Part shown: piece by piece, positions 56,176-64,000 of the stretch
Position numbering within the stretch: position 1 is the first letter of the stretch
Layout: each line of letters starts with the position of its first letter
Origin: Octopus sinensis
Lineage: Eukaryota
NCBI RefSeq assembly: GCF_006345805.1
Contig: NC_043005.1
Location: 66,836,001 to 66,900,000, forward strand
Direction: 5' to 3'
Length of the DNA stretch: 64,000 bases
The notes under the pieces: model-generated
Seen by the model: only the letters and a program-made list of their open reading frames with translations
Told to the model about the DNA's origin: nothing
The model's database searches: none
Position numbers and translations under genes: made by a program

Positions 56176-56814
56176 TTGCGGCAAGAAAATATTACAAGGC
56201 AATTGTTACGAAGTCTTCGAGGTCAGGTTGAAATATATTATAATTCATTAAAAAATCTAATCAACAAAAAATATTAATACAAAAAGCTGAAAAAGATACA
56301 GAAACATTTTCCTCGATAGCAAACATGAAACTGAAAAAGAAGTATTGGAATTAAAGAACTTGCTGGAAAGTGCACAAGGTAGTCAGGAAAGAATATTTTC
56401 AAATATTCATATCAGGTATGTGCCTGATTTCCATGTAATACATGTCTCATGTCCTCTATACTTTGTATCTTTTATGAAGGTCAAAATTGTCCAAGGTTAC
56501 TGTTGATATTACTCTTAAGATTTTTCAATTTACTATTACAGCTTTTCCTGAGAAAATGCTGTAAATAATTTTACTCTCTCTCTATATATATTCTGACCTA
56601 TTAAGTGATGTTTATCGCTTAACTTATACTTAGAAGACAATTGTTTAAGTAAATTACAAACTCTTATTTTAAAAATTGCTTATACATAAACCACTATATT
56701 TTATCTTCCCAAATAGATTATAATAGTGTAACACAGCATTATTCTTCGCAAACAGTTATGCATTTACAATAAAAATGTATTGATACAATCTCTAAAATGT
56801 ACATAAAACAGTTC

Positions 56815-58349
56815 AGCGCAAAAATGAATTTGTGAAATTGCGGATTTTCCAAAGTAATCATTAATATTGAATAACAGTAAATTCCTTTTGACCTTCGGAG
56901 TACATAGTTCCTGGAAGCACTAATGGAGATGCAATGGCTCTGGTATCTTATATGTTTACAGGGATTTTTTAAAATCAAATACCGCCCAAACTTGTTAAAT
57001 AAGAAAGCAAGTTACAGTAGATGTGTTATAGAACTGTAGACGATTTCCGCATTCGATTATGTCGGACCGTGTAAGTATTAGACATTACCAATGTAGACTC
57101 ATTTGAAAAATATGGTTTACCGACCTATGAGATATCCTCTCTTTGATATGGACCAAAAAAATTCGGATACCTGATTTGCATGCGAATGAAGAAGTTCATG
57201 AAAGCTCCATTCGAATAAAACCAGTGAGAAAACAAAGCAGTTGTGGCCGATTTGTAAAGATCTCTTTGAGGTTTTTAAAGGATGACCTGGTAGATATATA
57301 TCAGGCTTGCGAAGCAAATTCAGTTCTCCACAATGATAGACTGAGATCTCGCGTCTTTCTATGCTCCATTCAGAGAGAAAGAAATAAAACGCTGTGTGTG
57401 TGTGTGCACGTGCGTGACCGGGTAAATGTGACTGACATCTACGTATCCACATATGTTTATGTGTGTGGAACACGAAGTGATATGGGGTTTTGTAATGAAG
57501 GGCGATGGGTATATTGAATGAAGCGAGACCATAAGCAAAATTATACTTGTCAATTTCGCCAAATGTTATGAATCTCACTCTAGCAACACTTTGTTAATAG
57601 TATTTTAACATCTTTATAAAGTTCCCTTTATACTTTCATCTTTTCAATTTCATTACTCATTGTAGTTTATCCTTTGTACCAACGTTTGATGAACGTGGTC
57701 TTTAATAGCATTGGAGTTATTGTTCATAAATTGTCAAAGTGAGTTGGTGTATTTCACATTATATGTCAAAACGGGTATTGATAATTACTTTCCATTTTCA
57801 TGAATATGCAACTGAATAAAAATCCATCGATGGTAAATGCAGAGATTTATTAATTATAAGAGATGAGATGACAAAGAACTACAATCATTTAACTGGAAAT
57901 AATCTTGATCAGAGCGTCTCATGATAATAGCTTCAAAATATCTTCTTAAACGTATTCTGTAGAATAGCTACATGTTAATGTATCTAGTTCCCCATAAACG
58001 CTGGGGTTTTTTTAATGAATAATGAAACAGACAACGAAATGTCAACGAGAAACGAGTGGAAGAGTAAATGCTCATCCATTTCCCAAGAGCAGTCATGACG
58101 GGCACGAAGTTATATAGGAAACAAAATTGCACTGTGCTCAAAACACCCCATCATCCCAAGTTTTGCTATATATTCGTTACTTCTGGCTGTGTAAAAATTA
58201 ACAAAATTAAAAAATATATATATTAATATTGCATCTCCATTAGCGTTTCAAGGAATTATGTACTGTGAAGGTCAAAAAGGAATTTACTGTTATTCAATAT
58301 TAATGATAACTTTGGAAAATCCGCAATTTCACAAATTCGTTTTTGTGCT
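56815..58349. repeat. Inverted repeat: arms 56815-56935 and 58228-58349, ~1.29-kb spacer
   Basis: Manual alignment: 9 substitutions + 1 indel over ~121 bp. Confidence 0.93.
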
Positions 58350-59544
58350 AAATGTATTAATATAATTTTTCAAAAATGTAAATGTTTATACAAAGATCAT
58401 AGCAAAAAAAGCTGACACCTATTATTTTGTGTGCATACAAAATTGTACTGGATATACTTGTTAAATAACGAACAAAATTTTCGCTTCTTCCGAAAATAAT
58501 GAGGTTTTGAATTTAACCATCGAAACTGTGAAGCGTAAATGAAGCTATTAAATTGTCATTTATTCGATATTTTGTATATATATGTTACCTGTGTGGTAGT
58601 TCGCAGGGGATATTAAAATTGGGTGCTGTAATGGGCATGATTCCATTGCACAAATACGTCTAATGGTTATTTGGTGATTACATATTACTGCTGGTAATAT
58701 ATATTATTAAGAGAAATATGAATATGCAAAATTGCGTAAAGAGTGTTGGTGTTTTTGAGGGATTATATGATTTCTATTCGAAATCAGGAAAAGCATTTTT
58801 GTTTGTCTCTCATTCAAACTGCACAGTAAAATATTTGTCCAAATGTTTGTCCGATAAAGAAACATTCGATAATTTTTTTCTTTGACCACAATTTTCATAA
58901 CGATGACGAAATTAAAAATATGAAATATTCAATCAGATAAATACAGAAAATCTAAATGTATCCTTGTCAGTAGAGTTCATTGTGACAACAACTTTCGAAT
59001 CATATCTGTGGCTTTCGTCCATGTCTATAGGAAAACTATAACACCAGATCTACCAACAATAACAAGAAGATAAGAGATTCATTGATATTTATTTTTAGTA
59101 TGTATTTTATGAACATGAAATTTATGCAATAATCTATGTACGGTACAATATCAAATCTGATGCTAGAGCTTAATTATTGAAAATAAGGCTCATAAAAATA
59201 TCTGCGGAAACTAAACATTTTAACTATTGTCTCAAGTCAGCTCTACAACTATTTTTATGAAACAGAAAATAGCAACACATTATTGTAGAAGATATGGAAC
59301 ACTACCCACAATGGATATATATTAAAAGGTTTACTGTGCCAATTATACATAATGCAGCTTTACTACAATAGAGCAAAACTGAAGAATCTGACGAAATGTC
59401 CTGCGATTCGTTGGATTATTGATCAGTCTCGATTTTGAGTAGAATTTAAATGTCTTATGATACTTATTCTGTAGGAATTGCAGTGTCTATGGAATAACAA
59501 AACATTATTTCCGTATATTTCTCGTGCATTTTCAGCTGACAAGT

Positions 59545-59546
<2 letters not shown>

Positions 59547-59637
<91 letters not shown>

Positions 59638-59661
59638 ATTGTCTCTGTCATATTACATTTT

Positions 59662-59727
<66 letters not shown>
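59547..59727. repeat. (TATC)n and (TA)n microsatellites
   Basis: Direct inspection. Confidence 0.95.
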
Positions 59728-59728
<1 letters not shown>

Positions 59729-59817
59729 AGAGAGATAACATAGAAAGATTGACTGTTGGCTGAGCTGTTTTACTGTAGTATATTGTGCTACCTTCTCTCG
59801 TCGGTATAATGCTTGTG

Positions 59818-60061
59818 AGCTGGCAGAAACGGCGGCGAGCTGGCAGAAAAGTTAGCGCGCCGGACGAAAGGCTGAGCGGTATTTCGTCTGCCGCTACGTT
59901 CTGAGTTCAAATTCCCCCGAGGTCGACTTTGCCTTTCATCCTTTCGCGGTCGATAAATTAAGTACCAGTTACGCACTGGGGTCGATGTAATCGACTTAAT
60001 ACCTATGTCTGTCCTTGTTTGTCCCCTCTATGTTTAGCCCCTTGTGGGTAATAAAGAAATA
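59818..60061 (+). mobile_element. SINE family A, young monomer with short 5' duplication
   Basis: 15-bp TSD ggtataatgcttgtg at 59803-59817 and 60062-60076. Confidence 0.93.
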
Positions 60062-60775
60062 GGTATAATGCTTGTGCCAGCATTATACATAAACATCACT
60101 CGTCTATGTTTTCAAGTCATTTGAACCACTTTTGGCATGAATCATTCTACATTTGTACAAAAATTTTCTCATTGTCGTTTATATGCACCAACTCGCTTGC
60201 TTCCTCCCTTAGGTACTGATGCACGCACTCGCAAACGGACTCACTCAGGCACACACCCAGCCATCAACTCACTCTCTATATAACGTACTTCTGCTCTTAA
60301 TCAACTTATCTATATGCATTTTTGCTCAGTATCTCTCTAACCTCCAGTTTCTATTATTCCGATAATAGACAAATAACTGTCTGGGCTATTGTAAATTTAT
60401 TGATCAAAATTTCTGTCTCGAATAGATTCGCAAAAGCTGGGTGAGCTAACGTATCTACCTAATTATTAAGCAGGTATGTATGTGGTTTCTTCATTCCAGA
60501 CGGCAAGAGATCGGTTAATAACAAGCAAACAAACAAAATATATGTGGTGGTGTAATTGTGATTGTCACCTGCTCCTAAGTATCTGTAATCAGTTTTCGTA
60601 CAATTTCCATTCAATGTGGTAATATGTTAGTTCAATATTATTGGGAAAAGATTTCCTAGCATATAAATAGATGTAGAAACACAAGCATGCATACAAATCT
60701 TGTGGCAGTGTGAATATATATATACATTATGTATGTATTATGTATGCATATAAATATAAATATATAAATATATAA

Positions 60776-60808
<33 letters not shown>

Positions 60809-61091
60809 TGTGTGTGTGTGTACATTATGAATGTATGTATTATGTATGCATATAAATATAAATATAGATATATATATATATGTATACATACACACACATA
60901 CACAAACACACACACACATATATATATATATATACATGTATATGTATATTATATGCATATGGAAATATGTGTTTATGTGAATGTATATATATATATATAT
61001 ATATATATTTCCATAGATGTAGGCATATACATGCTTACATACATACACACACGAATATATGTGTGTGTATATATATGTATATGTTCATATG

Positions 61092-61133
<42 letters not shown>

Positions 61134-61949
61134 AGAATTAGGTACTTACATTGAGGCACGAGCCCGGTCTGGTATTATCCGTACACCACGAAGTAAGGTG
61201 AATAGACAGGCAATAAGTAAGTAGGATGTCAAGTTAACAATGCATTACGGCCGCTTGAGGCGGTTGCATTTAATCTATGGATGTAAGTATTACATCAATT
61301 TAAAATACACCGCCTTCCTCGGACGCATAAGACCATAAAGGTTTTCAACTTATAGGATACACTATTATAATTTTTTTACCAAATTTTTAATCAGAACTAG
61401 GGAATAAAATAATTACACGCATGTTGCTATTATTGTAGTAGAATGAAATTTAGGAGAAAATGGCGCAGTTATAATTTGGAGTGGCAGAAGCAGATAACTA
61501 TGGGGGCTAAGTGATGGTAATATAGCTACGTTTATATCTCTCCTTATCACAATCAAAAGATCTATTGCAGCTGGTATTCTACATCTACTAAGAATTAAAA
61601 CCACTGGGAATTGACCTCTAAGTTCTAGCTGCTGATAATAAAATTAGTTTTATTATTTTACTATGGCTATTTATTATCATCAGTTAAAAAGTTATCTACA
61701 ATTGAAAATAAAGGACGTTACAATGATGTCTAAATGGGCACTAGGGGTACAGGCGGAAAATGTATATCTAACGTTAGCAAATTTTTTTTAATTTAGAAAG
61801 GGATTTAAGGACCAAGTAAGAGAAGAAGGATATGTAAACCAATATAAACCAATATAAGCCCTAAAAATAGAGTACTGTTATATAAAATTGAAGCCTCAAA
61901 ATCCCAGGATGGAGCATTATGAGGTTTCTATTTAAAGGGGTTTATATAA

Positions 61950-62130
61950 GGCGTCTACAGTCATCAGTGTAGGCTATAGTGAAACGGTGGCCAACAAACT
62001 GAAACCAGCAATTCGCACAAAAAGGCGAAGTCTATTGTTATTGTTGCACTACCATGCACCCCCACATAAGGCCACATCGTTGAAACCATTGAAAAATTAG
62101 GTTTCGAGTCGCTGAAACACGCTTCGTATT
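61950..62130 (+). mobile_element. Mariner transposase internal fragment
   Basis: NKLKPAIRTKRR...LLHYHAPPH...VETIEKLGFESLKHASY resembles the LLHDNARPH...LGFEVL.HPPY region. Confidence 0.7.
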
Positions 62131-63501
62131 ACAAAAGAATAAAATTCTGACTGATTTTTACCATTTTGTGATTGTGTTATTGAACATACTTGTTTCTCCT
62201 TCAGACAGTTTTGAAAGATATAGTCTCTTTTACAAAATATCCTGCATGTTGATACTACAACCTATTTGAAGACCTGATTTGCTTTCTACTCAAAATAATT
62301 TGAACATATTTTTAAAATTTTCATGAACGCAAATATAAATGCTAGGGTGGAGGATTATTTCTCATGCATAATTAGAAATTGAAAACATGCATGCATAAAA
62401 GAAAATTAACATATGAAAGTAGTTCACTGCATTCCTTATTTATTATCTTGCTCAGGACGTTATGCCAATCAACAAATATAGAATGACTGACAGTTGTGAT
62501 GATAATGATCGATAGGGATGCTGTCGATTACATATCCATGGCTGGCAAATAAGACAAATGTAGGGCCTCTAACATTTGCTATGAATAATGCGATAATAGC
62601 TCAGGATTAATAATTACAGAAAAATCTAATGTATCACCAAGATTTGCAATTACATTTTCATACCTACCATTAAAATGTCTCGTTTTATCAACAAACTTGC
62701 GCCGTTTCCATTTAATCTCATCATTCTAGTTTTAAGTGCACAATCTTTCTTTCTTATATGAATATGAATGTAAACAACCACAGATATATACCCAACCCAC
62801 ACACATACATACAGGCATGCGTAATAAACGGAAACATGAATAATGTACGCAAAATATCAGAAGAGCAAACTTTTCTGTTTTTCTTTTTTTATTTCGATTA
62901 ACTAAAATTAAAAATTGAAAATAAAACTAAATTCGCCAAACTATTTTTGTCACTTAGGGACTGCGATCTGTTCACGAGATTTTGAAAATAAAACGTTTCA
63001 GTTAATTTGTCTCAAACTTGTTATATTAGAAAATAGCATAACGAACTCGTTTTTATCTCATTAAAAGTGCAGGCCATCTGGATTGAGTCACGTTTTATAT
63101 ACATATATAAAGCACCTCAAAATTATCAGATTACTTAACTGAAGTAGTCCTATCAATCCGTGCGATGGCTTCAGTATGTAAAGAATAAAAATACCTCATA
63201 TGAGACAATAATTAAAAGAAAACATTTGTTACGCGTGCGAGATGCAAAAACATTTCATATCCAATAAAAAATGTTTCCATATCCGTGTACAATGACTGAG
63301 TAGTTGAGTTTATTATATTAAAAAGTTCTCAATTAGGAAAATATTATCATATATCGAATAACATACGTTATACAAAAGAATGCTTACAAAATAATATGTA
63401 TATATATCAAAATTCACGTCTGACCAGCCAACTTGATACATCAGTTAAGTCTTACTAAAAATAATTAACTGTGAGATATATCTATATTTATACCCTAGTA
63501 T

Positions 63502-63503
<2 letters not shown>

Positions 63504-63581
<78 letters not shown>

Positions 63582-63630
63582 ATATCTATGTATGTATGTA
63601 TGTATCTATCTATCTATCTATCTATCTATC
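63504..63630. repeat. (TATC)n/(TATG)n microsatellite
   Basis: Direct inspection. Confidence 0.95.
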
Positions 63631-63946
63631 TAATCTATTGTATGATGTATGCTGTATGTATGTGCGTGTTTGTTACGTGTGTGTGTTCAATTGCGAGAAA
63701 CAGTTTGCTTATTGTGTACTAATACATATGAAATTTATCTGTTCAATGTTAATTAAAATTGATAATCTCATTCAAGTTAGGGACTTTCCATTTGATTATC
63801 TTCACTAATTTGAATAATATGTCATTTCGCATTATGCATAAATCATAAGAAGTAAATACTTTTGACAATATTCTCAAATAAAAGCAAATCAAATTCGTTT
63901 ACTCTGTGAAATTTATTTCATTTATCAATCATGGTTTTATAGCTCA

Positions 63947-64000
63947 TGTGGAGGTGCGTGGCTTCGTGGTTAGGGTGTCAGCATCATGATCGTAAGATTG
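63947..64000 (+). mobile_element. 5' head of a tRNA-derived SINE, cut by the window edge
   Basis: gtggaggtgcgtggcttcgtggttagggtg resembles the 41116 head. Confidence 0.6.

Noticed and set aside
62205-62350. Strong plus-strand acceptor (tttctccttcag)
   Set aside because: All frames close quickly and there is no good donor.

Overview
AT-rich, microsatellite- and transposon-dense animal DNA. The SINE families point to an octopod cephalopod (inference from recalled Octopus repeats). I found no intact long ORF. Most of the window looks intronic or intergenic: about 20 tRNA-derived SINE copies of at least 4 families, two TIR-bounded mariner relics plus fragments, Penelope-like relics, two R4/Dong-type LINE relics, CR1-like and APE-LINE fragments, and possible Chapaev3 and Helitron relics. 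Less expected signals: (i) a decayed 18S rRNA fragment (~25.5-25.8 kb); (ii) two type I hammerhead-ribozyme motifs (8866-8914 +, 28810-28847 -) in retrozyme/Penelope-like contexts; (iii) a phase-compatible pair of minus-strand exons (16 nt + 91 nt at 38.6-38.9 kb) encoding a spectrin-repeat/nesprin-like helix, with further candidate micro-exons and an adjacent 182-bp tandem duplication; (iv) a 121-bp, ~92% identical inverted repeat 1.3 kb apart that matches no other repeat in the window. All family assignments come from motif recognition by eye, not database searches.
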